Source: Glaciecola sp.
Lineage (GTDB): Bacteria > Pseudomonadota > Gammaproteobacteria > Pseudomonadales > Pseudohongiellaceae
DNA: 64,000 nucleotides
Direction of reading: 5' to 3'
NCBI GenBank assembly: GCA_047628735.1
Contig: JBLHVT010000005.1
Coordinates: forward strand, 1,426 to 65,425
Made by a program: the position numbers and the translations under genes. Positions within the stretch are counted from its first letter, which is position 1; each line of letters starts with the position of its first letter. The notes beneath the pieces are model-generated. The model searched no databases. It saw only the letters and a list, made by a program, of their open reading frames with translations, and had not been told where the DNA came from. Shown piece after piece: positions 47,908 through 58,289 of the stretch.

Positions 47908-49305
47908 GTGTTTGATAATTTAACCGATAGACTTTCCGGAGCGTTTCGCAAACTCACGGGTAAGGCAATCCTCTCTGAAGAAAATATCGAAGAGGCGCTA
48001 AAAGAAGTTCGGCGTGCACTTTTAGAGGCGGACGTGGCGCTTTCAGTGGTTAAGGACTTCATTGACAAGGTGAGCCTTCGTGCGGTTGGTCAGGAGGTCT
48101 CTAAAAGTCTTTCGCCAGGTCAGGCATTTGTAAAGATAGTTCAGGCTGAGCTTGAAAGCATCATGGGCAAGGTCAATACAGATCTTGATCTCAAGGCTGT
48201 GCCACCGGCGGTTATTCTGATGGCGGGTTTGCAGGGTGCGGGTAAAACAACAACTGTTGCCAAACTTGCCTGCTATTTAAAAGGTCAAAAGAAGAAATCG
48301 GTAATGGTCGTGAGTGCCGATGTCTATAGACCGGCCGCTATCAAGCAGCTGCAAACTCTTGCTAGCGAAGTGGACGTCGCGTTTTTCGATAGCAATGAAT
48401 CTCAAACTCCCAGTGACATCGCTCGTGCCGCGCTTAGTGAGGCTAAGAAAAAATTTGTTGATGTGCTAATTGTTGATACCGCCGGCCGCCTTGCTGTTGA
48501 TGCGGACATGATGAATGAAATCAGTAGCTTGCACTCACAGCTGAATCCGGTGGAAACGCTTTTTGTGGTTGACGCAATGACGGGGCAAGATGCGGCAACC
48601 ACGGCGAAAGCGTTCAGCGAAGCTTTGCCATTGACAGGGGTTGTGTTGACCAAAGCTGATGGTGATGCTCGCGGTGGTGCTGCGTTGTCGGTTAGGCATG
48701 TCACTGGTAAACCAATTAAATTTATTGGTACGGGTGAGAAAATCGATGCCCTAGAGCCGTTTTATCCAGACCGCATCGCGTCGCGAATATTGGGTATGGG
48801 AGATGTGCTGTCTCTGATTGAAGATGCCGAGCGCAAGGTTGATAAAGACAAAGCCGAGCGTTTAGCCAGAAAGATTAAAAAGGGCAAAGGCTTTGACCTT
48901 GAGGATTTCAAGGAACAGCTAAAGCAAATGCAGAATATGGGAGGTGTCGCTAGCATCATGGATAAGATGCCGGGTATGGGAGCTTTGCCGCCGGGTGCCG
49001 CCAGTAAAGTGGATGATTCTCAGTTTAAACGTATGGAAGCCATTATCAATTCTATGACCATGCGGGAGCGAATAAACCCAGATATGTTAAACGGTTCTCG
49101 TAAGCGCCGAATAACTAATGGCTCTGGTACTCAGATTCAAGACCTCAATCGACTGCTAAAACAGCATAAGCAAATGCAAAAAATGATGAAGAAAATGAAG
49201 GGCGGTGGCATGGCCAATATGATGCGAGGCCTAGGTGGAATGCAGGGTTCTGGTGGTTCGGGGGGCATGCCAGGCTCAGGGGGAGGTAAATTTCCACGCT
49301 TTTAG
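47908..49305 (+). CDS. ffh: Signal recognition particle protein Ffh
   Basis: MFDNLTDRLS, GLQGAGKTTT and DTAGRL support the call, together with a Met-rich M domain and a Gly/Met tail. The start is GTG. Confidence 0.98.
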   Translation: MFDNLTDRLSGAFRKLTGKAILSEENIEEALKEVRRALLEADVALSVVKDFIDKVSLRAVGQEVSKSLSPGQAFVKIVQAELESIMGKVNTDLDLKAVPPAVILMAGLQGAGKTTTVAKLACYLKGQKKKSVMVVSADVYRPAAIKQLQTLASEVDVAFFDSNESQTPSDIARAALSEAKKKFVDVLIVDTAGRLAVDADMMNEISSLHSQLNPVETLFVVDAMTGQDAATTAKAFSEALPLTGVVLTKADGDARGGAALSVRHVTGKPIKFIGTGEKIDALEPFYPDRIASRILGMGDVLSLIEDAERKVDKDKAERLARKIKKGKGFDLEDFKEQLKQMQNMGGVASIMDKMPGMGALPPGAASKVDDSQFKRMEAIINSMTMRERINPDMLNGSRKRRITNGSGTQIQDLNRLLKQHKQMQKMMKKMKGGGMANMMRGLGGMQGSGGSGGMPGSGGGKFPRF

Positions 49306-49380
49306 ATCAGCTACAACAATTAAGACCAGGACGCAGCGCCTCGAAAATAGGGTATTTGCATGCTTCCAATGACGCGGCAA

Positions 49381-49409
49381 TTGACATAGAATACCCGCCT
49401 TTTTATCTG
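49381..49409 (+). promoter_or_regulatory. Candidate sigma-70 promoter for the rpsP-rimM-trmD-rplS operon
   Basis: TTGACA (49381-49386) is followed by a 17-nt spacer and TATCTG (49404-49409), about 75 nt upstream of rpsP. This rests on sequence match only. Confidence 0.35.
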
Positions 49410-49482
49410 GGCCTGCAGCTCGCGCCCGGGACAATATTGTAACTCGAAGATATTATTACAGTTTTTATAATAGGAATTATTT

Positions 49483-49743
49483 ATGGTCACAATTCGACTA
49501 GCTCGTGGTGGTGCGAAGAAAAAGCCTTTTTACCACATCACTGTAAGTGACAGCCGTAACTCTAGAGACGGCCGTTTCATTGAGCGTATTGGTTTCTTTA
49601 ATCCCTTAGCAAAGGGACAAGAAGAAAAACTACGCTTGGACACCGACAGAATGACGTACTGGCAGTCTCAAGGCGCTCAATTGAGTTCTCGAGTCTCTAC
49701 GCTAGCTAAAAGCGCTGCGGTAGCCGCAACTGCTGAAGCTTAA
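49483..49743 (+). CDS. rpsP: 30S ribosomal protein S16
   Basis: The call rests on [37 protein letters not shown]. Confidence 0.98.
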   Translation: MVTIRLARGGAKKKPFYHITVSDSRNSRDGRFIERIGFFNPLAKGQEEKLRLDTDRMTYWQSQGAQLSSRVSTLAKSAAVAATAEA

Positions 49744-49815
49744 GATTTAAATCTTAGGGTTTAATTAAGCCATGAGTCAGGGTAGTTCAGATAAAGCAGT
49801 GATGAGTTTCCGCTT

Positions 49816-50355
49816 GTGAGTATTACTGCGGCACCGAAAGAAGCTGTTTTAGGCAAAATTGGCAAGACCCATGGGATCAAGGGCTGGGTGAGGGTTATTT
49901 CTTTCACTAGTCCAGCTGAGAATATTCTGGAATATCAGATATTTGACGCAAGCCGAGGCGGAAAGACGGTCAAGGTAGAAATTCAAGAGTACAAGCAACA
50001 AGCTGGTGGATTCGTCGCTCTAGTTAAGGGCTACGATACACCGGAAACGGCGCGCGAACTTGCAGGACTCGAGTTGAGTGTTGTGGTGTCGCAGTTGCCG
50101 GAGTTGGATCAAGATGATGTCTACTGGCATCAGCTTGAAGGACTCGAGGTGCAGAATCAGCATAAGCAAAGCTTCGGCACTGTGCTTAAATTGTTGGAAA
50201 CCGGGGCTAATGATGTCCTAGTGATTGGGCCAAACAAAGCAAGTATTGATGATAGGGAGCGGCTTATTCCTTTTATTAGAGGGACTATCATTAACAATAT
50301 CGATCTCGCGGGCGGATTGCTTAGCGTGAATTGGGAAGCAGATTTCTTAGAGTAA
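49816..50355 (+). CDS. rimM: Ribosome maturation factor RimM
   Basis: LGKIGKTHGIKGWVRVISFT supports the call, together with a PRC-barrel C-terminus. The start is GTG. Confidence 0.93.
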   Translation: MSITAAPKEAVLGKIGKTHGIKGWVRVISFTSPAENILEYQIFDASRGGKTVKVEIQEYKQQAGGFVALVKGYDTPETARELAGLELSVVVSQLPELDQDDVYWHQLEGLEVQNQHKQSFGTVLKLLETGANDVLVIGPNKASIDDRERLIPFIRGTIINNIDLAGGLLSVNWEADFLE

Positions 50356-50380
50356 ATTTTAAGGACGTAGGGTGATAACA

Positions 50381-51118
50381 ATGCAAATTGGTGTGATCAC
50401 TTTATTCCCAGAGATGTTCGCAGCCGTTACCGAATATGGAATTAGCGGGCGCGCATTTCGGCAAGAGATTCTTAGGCTAACTACTTGGAATCCAAGAGAT
50501 TTTACAGAAGATAAGCACCGTACGGTCGACGACAAGCCTTTCGGGGGTGGGCCGGGAATGCTTATGAAAACTGAACCTTTAGTGCAAGCGATTCGATGCG
50601 CTAAGCTTTCTTTGCCGACCGCAAAAGTCGCTTATCTTTCTCCTCAGGGGGAAAGAATCGACAATAGCTCAGTGAAACAGATCGCACGCAGAGAACAGAT
50701 CATTTTAGTCTGTGGGCGTTACCAAGGCTTAGATCAGAGAGTGATTGACGCCGAAGTAGATGAAGAATGGTCGCTGGGAGATTTTGTCCTTAGCGGCGGT
50801 GAGATGGCAGCGATGGCATTGGTTGATGCCATTAGCCGGTTTCAGCCAGATGCTTTGGGTGACGAAGCTTCAGCGCATCAGGACAGTTTTAGTGATGGCT
50901 TGCTACATTGCCCTCAGTATACAAGGCCACCGAGCTTTGAGGGCGCGCAGGTGCCAGAAGCGCTGCTTAGCGGGGATCATGGGCGCATTAAGAGATGGCG
51001 CCTTCAGCAAAGCTTAGGTGCGACCTGGTTAAAGCGACCTGATCTTCTCGAAAGATTAGAGTTAAGTGACGAGCAGGCCGATTTATTGGCCCAGTTCAAA
51101 CGAGAATTTGGTAAGTGA
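50381..51118 (+). CDS. trmD: tRNA (guanine37-N1)-methyltransferase
   Basis: Supporting motifs are [32 protein letters not shown] and [12 protein letters not shown] prefer ATG 50381 to the upstream GTG. Confidence 0.96.
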   Translation: MQIGVITLFPEMFAAVTEYGISGRAFRQEILRLTTWNPRDFTEDKHRTVDDKPFGGGPGMLMKTEPLVQAIRCAKLSLPTAKVAYLSPQGERIDNSSVKQIARREQIILVCGRYQGLDQRVIDAEVDEEWSLGDFVLSGGEMAAMALVDAISRFQPDALGDEASAHQDSFSDGLLHCPQYTRPPSFEGAQVPEALLSGDHGRIKRWRLQQSLGATWLKRPDLLERLELSDEQADLLAQFKREFGK

Positions 51119-51242
51119 AATAAAGCGGATTAGATAAGAATACATAGCGCGAAAAAAGTGTTTTAAGTTAAGTGCCTTAAGGGTAATGCCTTAGAGTTAA
51201 GAGCTTAGGACATTTCGCAAACATTGAGCTGGGAGTTTTAAG

Positions 51243-51614
51243 ATGAGCAAGACCACAATTATTCAGAAGATCGAAGACGAGCAGATGACTAAAGAGTTGC
51301 CTGACTTCGGTCCAGGTGACACGGTTGTTGTGCAGGTGAAAATTAAAGAAGGCGATCGTGAGCGTCTGCAGGCATACGAAGGCGTTGTTATTGGCCGTCG
51401 TCATCGGGGTTTGAATTCTTCTTTCACTGTGAGAAAAATTTCCCACGGTGTTGGCGTTGAAAGAACTTTCCAGCTTTATAGCCCTCAGGTTGATAGTGTG
51501 ACTTTGAAGCGACGTGGTGATGTTCGTCAAGCCAAGTTATATTATTTACGCGAATTGACCGGCCGTGCAGCGCGTATTACCGAGAAGTTGCAAAAGCGCC
51601 CTACCAGCGTTTAA
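51243..51614 (+). CDS. rplS: 50S ribosomal protein L19
   Basis: The call rests on [45 protein letters not shown] and SP.VDS. Confidence 0.98.
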   Translation: MSKTTIIQKIEDEQMTKELPDFGPGDTVVVQVKIKEGDRERLQAYEGVVIGRRHRGLNSSFTVRKISHGVGVERTFQLYSPQVDSVTLKRRGDVRQAKLYYLRELTGRAARITEKLQKRPTSV

Positions 51615-52094
51615 TTTGTAATCGGGTTTGAAAGTAGTTCGGTGGCAGTTAATGTCATCGAGCTTCTAGATTCGTGTACGCTTGGTGTTCCTCGCTACGT
51701 AGCGTTGATGAATTAAATCAGAATTAGCCTCGGGCATGATTAATTTTTCTGAGACAGACGCTTTTCCAAGATAACTGATTTTTTAAGTTCGACGCCAAAA
51801 CGTCTTGGCTGTCGTTAGGTTCGAAGCTGAGTGCCACACATAGCAGCGTCTATATTGCATTTTACGGCTATTATATTTTATGCCTTTTCAAGACCCTCTT
51901 TAGACCTTCTCTAACGTCCTCTTTCTGTATTTTTTGTGCCTATTCTTTGAACACTGCGCTGACTGCCTCTGAACCACGTAAAAAGAAAAAAATATCGGTT
52001 AGCGTGAAACGCTTTTATGGATAAGCGGTCTTCTAAATAATGCCTAAACACACTAAACTTGCACGGTGTTAAAACTGAGCCGGAGCTAATCGAT

Positions 52095-52835
52095 ATGAAA
52101 CAATTTTTTAAAGCCGTACTTTTTCTGACTGGAATTACGCTAGTCCTGCTCAGCAGCACGGCAGGAGCGCAGTCCTTACGTGAAAAACTAAGTGCTGCCA
52201 TCGAAACGGCATCGCAAAACCAGCTCAAGATTGTGGCTATAACTAAAACTCCTCTCAGCAATATCTATCGGGTCGAATTGAGTACCGGTGAGATGCTGTA
52301 TGCAGATGCTGCAGGCGACTACCTGTTCGCAGGCGATATGTATAAAACATCCGCGGCTGGGTTAATGAACCTTTCAGCAGGAACTCGCACAGACCGCACT
52401 GTAGAATTGATAGCTGCTATACCTGAAGAAGAGATGATCATCTTCGCGCCAAAGACTGAGACACTTGCAACAATTACTGTGTTTACTGATGTTGATTGCA
52501 CTTATTGCCGGAAACTTCATGGTGACATAGAAGAGCTTCTGGCCCGTGGCGTAAAAGTTCGTTACATGGCTTATCCTCGAGGCGGAGTCAACGCAGACTC
52601 TTATGACAAAATGATTTCTGTCTGGTGTTCTGATGATCGCCATAAATCATTTTCACAAGCCAAGAATGGGCAGAATTTGCCGGCTCGGGACTGTGACACA
52701 CCTGTACTCAAGCATTATGCTATGGGGAATCAGTTAGGTATCACAGGAACTCCAGCGTTGATTTTGCCCGATGGAACCTTAGTGCCTGGTTATATGGATG
52801 TTGACCGCCTGACGGCAATGCTTAATCTGAAGTAG
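52095..52835 (+). CDS. dsbC: Periplasmic thiol:disulfide interchange protein DsbC
   Basis: The signal peptide is MKQFFKAVLFLTGITLVLLSSTAGA. FTDVDCTYCRKLH carries the CxxC motif. A second Cys pair (WCSDD...C) and GTPA also match. The TTG-extended N-terminus in the ORF track is unlikely. Confidence 0.9.
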   Translation: MKQFFKAVLFLTGITLVLLSSTAGAQSLREKLSAAIETASQNQLKIVAITKTPLSNIYRVELSTGEMLYADAAGDYLFAGDMYKTSAAGLMNLSAGTRTDRTVELIAAIPEEEMIIFAPKTETLATITVFTDVDCTYCRKLHGDIEELLARGVKVRYMAYPRGGVNADSYDKMISVWCSDDRHKSFSQAKNGQNLPARDCDTPVLKHYAMGNQLGITGTPALILPDGTLVPGYMDVDRLTAMLNLK

Positions 52836-52977
52836 TCTTAGCAGACAATTCACTCGCAGTTTGCCGTCAGTGCGAGCTGCTTTTAATTTTTTCTTATTAC
52901 CATGCGAGGTTGCAATAGTGAGCCTTGATGGAATCCAGTATAATCTTTACTTCGTTTTTTGTGCTTGAGGGCGCTGC

Positions 52978-54294
52978 GTGAATTCTAATTCTAGTGAACC
53001 GTTAAAAGTAGGTATCTGTGGGCTTGGCACTGTCGGCTTTGGTACTTTACAGCTGCTCAAAACTAACGCTGAAGAGATTACTCGGCGAACCGGCTGTGAA
53101 ATCCATGTTGTTCATGTGGCAACGCGAACTTTAGATCAGAAAAAAGTCGCCTGGGTGCCCGCAAGTGGAACTGACCCCTTTGCATTGGTCAATGATCCAG
53201 ATGTCGATGTGGTAATCGAAACCATGGGTGGCTTTGAGCCTGCATTTAGTGTGATCAAGAAAGCCCTCGAGAAGGGTAAGCACGTTATTACCGCCAATAA
53301 GGCTCTTATTGCCGAACATGGTAATGAGCTTTTCGCTACGGCCCGCGCCAACAACGTCAACCTGGCCTTTGAAAGTGCCGTAGCCGGTGGCATACCCATT
53401 ATTAAAGCGCTCAGGGAAGGATTGGCAGCGAATAAAATAAGCAGTATTGCCGGTATCATTAATGGCACGGGCAATTTTATCTTGACTGAAATGGGTGCTA
53501 AACAACGTCAATTTGACGATGTTTTAGCGGAGGCTCAGGCGCTCGGATATGCAGAAGCAGATCCGAAATTTGATGTAGAAGGAATAGATGCAGCTCATAA
53601 GCTCACTATCATGGCGTCAATTGCTTTTGGTTTGCCACTTGATTTCAGTAAAACGTACACCGAAGGCATCAGTAAAATCACACCTGAAGACATACTTTAT
53701 GCCGAAGAGTTAGGCTATAAAATTAAACACTTGGGAATTGCCGTCTTAAGCGGAACTCGGGCTGAAGTCAGAGTGCACCCAGCGCTAATCTCTAAAAGCC
53801 AATTGCTAGCGCACGTGAATGGGGTTAGTAATGCCGTTCTTGTCGAAGGCAATGCAGTTGGCAGCACTATGTACACGGGTCCCGGAGCTGGCGCTGAAGC
53901 TACTGCCTCTGCGGTGGTCGCAGACATTATTGACATTGCCCGAGTCATTGCCAGTGGCGCCGATAGACCTCCTGTCGCGATGTTGGGCTATCTTGAGCCC
54001 CGTTCGGATTTAACAGTGCTGCCTATTGAAGAGATTCGTTCTGAATATTATTTGCGCATATTAGTTGAAGACAAGCTGGGGGTAATGGCTAAGATTACAA
54101 GTTGCTTGCAGAATGCCGGGGTGAGTATAGAGGCGGTTATTCAAAAAGAACGGGCGAGTCAGACAGTCTCTATTGTCATCCTTACCGATAACGCTTTGGA
54201 AGCTGATCTCAATAAAGCGCTGACGAAGATCGAAACCTTAGATGAAGTTACGGGTAAAATTAATCGAATAAGAGTGGCGTCGCTCGCGAACTGA
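52978..54294 (+). CDS. hom: Homoserine dehydrogenase
   Basis: VGICGLGTVGFG (NAD motif), ANKALIA and GILNGT-type IINGTGNFILT support the call, together with a C-terminal ACT domain. The start is GTG. Confidence 0.95.
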   Translation: MNSNSSEPLKVGICGLGTVGFGTLQLLKTNAEEITRRTGCEIHVVHVATRTLDQKKVAWVPASGTDPFALVNDPDVDVVIETMGGFEPAFSVIKKALEKGKHVITANKALIAEHGNELFATARANNVNLAFESAVAGGIPIIKALREGLAANKISSIAGIINGTGNFILTEMGAKQRQFDDVLAEAQALGYAEADPKFDVEGIDAAHKLTIMASIAFGLPLDFSKTYTEGISKITPEDILYAEELGYKIKHLGIAVLSGTRAEVRVHPALISKSQLLAHVNGVSNAVLVEGNAVGSTMYTGPGAGAEATASAVVADIIDIARVIASGADRPPVAMLGYLEPRSDLTVLPIEEIRSEYYLRILVEDKLGVMAKITSCLQNAGVSIEAVIQKERASQTVSIVILTDNALEADLNKALTKIETLDEVTGKINRIRVASLAN

Positions 54295-54310
54295 GAGCCT
54301 AGGAATAGCA

Positions 54311-55711
54311 GTGAAATATATTAGTACTCGGGGCATAAGTCCCTCTCAGAATTTTGAGCAAGTATTGCTCACCGGATTAGCACCAGATGGTGGGCTTTAT
54401 GTACCGGAGAATCTGCCATCTTTTAGTGCTGAGGAAATCGCTGCCTGGCGCAGACTTTCCTACCCTGACTTGGCGTTAAAAATCATTGCTCCCTTTATTG
54501 ATGGGGAAATTCCAGAGGCTGATCTACGAGAAATTGTAGAGTCCAGCTATGCCAGTTTTAAGCATCCAGATACTGCGCCTCTCACTCAATTGGACGAGAA
54601 CGAATGGGTGTTGGAATTGTTTCATGGGCCGACCCTAGCCTTTAAGGATTTCGCATTACAGGTTTTAGGGCGGTTACTGGACTATGTATTAACAAAGAAA
54701 GATCAGCGAGTTGTGATTCTGGGAGCCACCTCAGGTGACACCGGCTCCGCCGCACTCGAGGGTTGCAGGCACTCTGATCGAGTTGAAATGTTTATTCTTC
54801 ATCCGCACCAGCGCGTGTCAGATGTTCAGCGTAAGCAAATGACCACTATTATCAGCGACAATGTGTTCAATCTAGCAGTAGAAGGAAATTTTGATGACTG
54901 TCAGCGTATAGTTAAATCTGCGTTTGCAGATCAGTCCTTTTTACCAAAAAATAGGCAGTTAGTTGCAGTGAATTCTATTAACTGGGCCCGTATTTTAATG
55001 CAGATAGTTTACTACTTCTCTGCCTCTTTACGTTTAGGCGGACCAGAAAAAGAAGTCTCCTTTTCAGTGCCGACAGGAAATTTTGGCGACATCTACGCAG
55101 GTTATTTAGCGAAAAAAATGGGTTTGCCAATTAGGCAGTTGATCGTAGCAACTAATAAAAATGACATCCTGCATCGATTTGTCGCCCACAACGAATACTT
55201 TAAAACAGAATTAAGTAAGACGCTCTCACCAAGCATGGATATCTTGGTTTCAAGTAATTTTGAGCGATATCTATTTGATATGTTCGGCCGTGATAGTAGC
55301 AAGCTTACAAATTTTATGAAAAAGTTTGGCTCGGAAACCCTGAGCGTGTCGGATGAACAATGGCAGAAAGTACGGTCTGATTTTGACAGTGCCAGTGTCG
55401 ATGATGAGACTACCTGTGCGGTTATTGCAGAAGTGTTTAAGAAAAACGGCGAACTTCTAGACCCACATACTGCTATCGGCTTAAAAGCGGCAAGAGTTTG
55501 TAATACCAGCAGTGCCACACCTATGGTTACTTTGGCTACAGCCCACCCAGCCAAATTTGACGAAGCGATTCTTAATTCCGGATTGGATACCCCAGCATTG
55601 CCCGAGCATTTAAAGGACCTATTTGAACGAAAGGAAAAATACTCCGTTGTGGCCAATGATTTAGGAGCTGTTGCTGAATTTATCTCAAAGCACTGCGCTG
55701 ACTCAAATTGA
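54311..55711 (+). CDS. thrC: Threonine synthase
   Basis: Supporting motifs are MKYISTRG, HGPTLAFKDFALQ (PLP Lys) and ATSGDTGSAA. The start is GTG. Confidence 0.95.
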   Translation: MKYISTRGISPSQNFEQVLLTGLAPDGGLYVPENLPSFSAEEIAAWRRLSYPDLALKIIAPFIDGEIPEADLREIVESSYASFKHPDTAPLTQLDENEWVLELFHGPTLAFKDFALQVLGRLLDYVLTKKDQRVVILGATSGDTGSAALEGCRHSDRVEMFILHPHQRVSDVQRKQMTTIISDNVFNLAVEGNFDDCQRIVKSAFADQSFLPKNRQLVAVNSINWARILMQIVYYFSASLRLGGPEKEVSFSVPTGNFGDIYAGYLAKKMGLPIRQLIVATNKNDILHRFVAHNEYFKTELSKTLSPSMDILVSSNFERYLFDMFGRDSSKLTNFMKKFGSETLSVSDEQWQKVRSDFDSASVDDETTCAVIAEVFKKNGELLDPHTAIGLKAARVCNTSSATPMVTLATAHPAKFDEAILNSGLDTPALPEHLKDLFERKEKYSVVANDLGAVAEFISKHCADSN

Positions 55712-55723
55712 GTTCGGCTTAGC

Positions 55724-57469
55724 ATGTCTGTCACAGTCCAGCGCCGTGTAGTGACAGAGACGGTATCGCTGCCGGAGTCGATTTCTCCTCTGCTGCGGCG
55801 AATTTATAGCGGTAGGTCTGTTAAATCTGCCGCTGACCTTGAGCTTGGTCTTAGTAACTTGCTGCCTCCGTCAGGTCTGAAAGGGATTGAAGCAGCCACG
55901 GATTTGCTAGTGGAGGCTCTTGAGAAAAACCAGCGATTTCTCATCGTCTCTGATTTTGATGCTGATGGTGCGACGAGCTGTGTGGTGGCGATAAAAGCAC
56001 TGCAAGCGTTTGGCGCTCGCCATGTTGAGTACATTGTTCCTAACAGATTTGACTATGGATACGGTCTTACCCCTGAGATCGTTGAGCTGGCGAAAACACG
56101 CAAACCAGACTTGCTGATCACAGTCGATAATGGAATATCGTCTATCGATGGAGTTGCCGCAGCACAAGCCGCCGGCATAAAAGTTCTCGTGACTGATCAT
56201 CATTTGCCAGCAAGGCAGACTCCAACTGCAGAAGCCATTGTTAATCCTAATCAGCACGGCTGCGAGTTTGAAAGTAAATGCATTGCGGGGGTTGGCGTGA
56301 TTTTCTACACCATGCTTGCGCTGCGCGCTCGACTGCGTGAGCTGGACTGGTTTGTGAAAAATAACCTGCCTGAGCCGAATATGGCTGACTTGCTTGATTT
56401 GGTGGCACTTGGCACTGTTGCTGATGTCGTGCCCTTGGATAGAAATAATCGAATTTTGGTGAGCGAGGGATTAAAACGAATTCGAGCAGGCCGAGCTAGA
56501 CCTGGAATTGCTGCGCTGCTTCGAATTGCCAATCGAAATCCGGCTCGCTTAAAGGCCAGCGATCTTGGTTTTGGTTTAGGCCCGAGGCTTAATGCCGCAG
56601 GCCGCTTGGACGATATGGCGACAGGCATTGAGTGTCTGTTAGCTGAGCAGCTAGGGGAAGCTCATGAGTTGGCGATGCTTCTGGATGGAATGAACCAGGA
56701 CCGCAAACAAATTGAATCCGATATGCGCGAGCAGGCATTTGCGCACCTAAGCGAAATTGAGCTTAGCGTCGACGCTATCCCGGCTGCGCTCTCTCTATTT
56801 GACCCTCGCTGGCATCAAGGCGTAGTTGGCATATTGGCATCAAGAGTTAAAGATAAGTATCACCGCCCGGTTATCGCTTTTGCCGATGTATCCAACGGCG
56901 CTGAAAGCGGCGAGCTTAAGGGGTCGGCGAGATCAATCCCTGGATTTCATATTCGAGATGCTTTGGATGCGGTGGCAACGAACAACCCGGGACTAATTAG
57001 CAAGTTCGGCGGGCATGCGATGGCTGCAGGATTGAGCTTAGAAAAATCTAAGTTTGAGCTATTCCAAAAGGCGTTTGCTGATGAGGCTGCAAGGCTACTT
57101 AAGCCGGAGCAATTGCATGCTATTTTGTTGAGCGACGGTGAGCTTGCAAAAGAGTATCTATCAATGGCGACAGCTCAGCAGCTCGGCGATGCAGGCCCAT
57201 GGGGGCAGGAATTTCCTGAGCCCTTATTCGATGGACGCTTTAATCTAATAGGGCAGCGCAAAGTGGGCGAAAATCATTTAAAGATGGTGCTTAGCCCGTT
57301 AGAGGAAAATCAGTACGCTATCGATGCTATCGCTTTCAATGTTGAGGCGGTAGATTGGCCTGCGCAATCTGCAACAGAAATAGAGATTGCTTATCGAATG
57401 GATATTAATGAGTTTAGAGGCAACATGACTTTGCAGCTAATGGTAGAGAAAATCCTAAGTTACTCATAA
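55724..57469 (+). CDS. recJ: Single-stranded-DNA-specific exonuclease RecJ
   Basis: The DHH motifs are SDFDADGATS, ITVDNG and VTDHH. The DHHA1 motif is GGH.MAAG. Confidence 0.97.
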   Translation: MSVTVQRRVVTETVSLPESISPLLRRIYSGRSVKSAADLELGLSNLLPPSGLKGIEAATDLLVEALEKNQRFLIVSDFDADGATSCVVAIKALQAFGARHVEYIVPNRFDYGYGLTPEIVELAKTRKPDLLITVDNGISSIDGVAAAQAAGIKVLVTDHHLPARQTPTAEAIVNPNQHGCEFESKCIAGVGVIFYTMLALRARLRELDWFVKNNLPEPNMADLLDLVALGTVADVVPLDRNNRILVSEGLKRIRAGRARPGIAALLRIANRNPARLKASDLGFGLGPRLNAAGRLDDMATGIECLLAEQLGEAHELAMLLDGMNQDRKQIESDMREQAFAHLSEIELSVDAIPAALSLFDPRWHQGVVGILASRVKDKYHRPVIAFADVSNGAESGELKGSARSIPGFHIRDALDAVATNNPGLISKFGGHAMAAGLSLEKSKFELFQKAFADEAARLLKPEQLHAILLSDGELAKEYLSMATAQQLGDAGPWGQEFPEPLFDGRFNLIGQRKVGENHLKMVLSPLEENQYAIDAIAFNVEAVDWPAQSATEIEIAYRMDINEFRGNMTLQLMVEKILSYS

Positions 57470-58241
57470 AGTCTGAACCCTTCCACTGGCTAAAAGCTGA
57501 AGGAGAAGGTTGGATAAGGGTGTTTGGGGGCAGGGCTGAAGGACCAACAAAAGGGTCGCAGGAAAGGATTCAAGGAAAGGGTTGGGGCATGTCTATAACA
57601 AGAGCTCTGAACTAATACGCCTACAAGAGCCCTCAACAAGAAGTTATAGCAGGGACTAGACGAGAATCGATTATCTGACCACGTTGTGCCTCAGGTTTGT
57701 CTGAATGATGGTGAGCTTGGTCGAGGTCCCCCCAAAAAGAGATGGCTCGCTTTTTCTACAAGGGTGAGCCGGACTCATTCAATTTATTGAAGGCGGTCTT
57801 AAGCTTGGTTTATTTGAATCACTTTTAGTGATTGAACGGCAGTGATGGCCCCTTCTATCTGTTGGCCGCTTGGCTGAAATCGTTCTGCGATGAGATGGCA
57901 CGTTGGTGTAAATATATGCTGTAAATAAAATGTCGCCAAACCAACGTTCAAAATTTAACGCCTCCAATAGAGATCAGTAGAGGCTAGTTTTTTAGAGGGC
58001 GTGCAATTTAGCAGCTTTTTGTTACGTTGATTAAACCAATATGGCAGGTAAATCATTGATTGTAATGCCAATTAGGAATAAGCGATGGGCTTGTGCACGA
58101 AATAAGCAATAATCAGGTCTAATGGCTTAAGAATAGCAGTTTAAAGGGGATGACCAGTGGCATGGGCTATGTATAAAACCGCGCTGCTTTGTATTGAGTG
58201 AGCGCTGCTTCGTGCATCTGGGCGTATCATTTGTTACCTTT

Positions 58242-58257
58242 TGGCACAGCAAATGCT
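58242..58257 (+). promoter_or_regulatory. Sigma-54-like -24/-12 element upstream of the ScsB/DsbD-family gene
   Basis: TGGCACAGCAAATGCT has the correct GG-N10-GC spacing. It is 14/16 identical to the pspA promoter in this window. It ends 33 nt before the ATG at 58290. This rests on sequence match only. Confidence 0.4.
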
Positions 58258-58289
58258 GGTTGTGAACGCTAAAGTATGCCTGCAATCTA

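Noticed and set aside
49195-49290. A Gly/Met-rich low-complexity run (GGGMANMMRGLGGMQGSGGSGGMPGSGGG) at the end of ffh.
   Set aside because: A variable Gly/Met tail is a normal feature of the Ffh M domain. It is not a separate repeat element.
51615-52094. The 480-nt gap between rplS and dsbC, containing a CT-rich tract at about 51880-51950 and a 116-aa minus-strand ORF (51911-52261). I considered it as a lost xerD or as an sRNA.
   Set aside because: My expectation of xerD here rests only on remembered Pseudomonas synteny. None of the frames I read gave a convincing XerD remnant. The minus-strand ORF overlaps the dsbC signal-peptide region and looks spurious. The tract has only one GGA on its purine strand.
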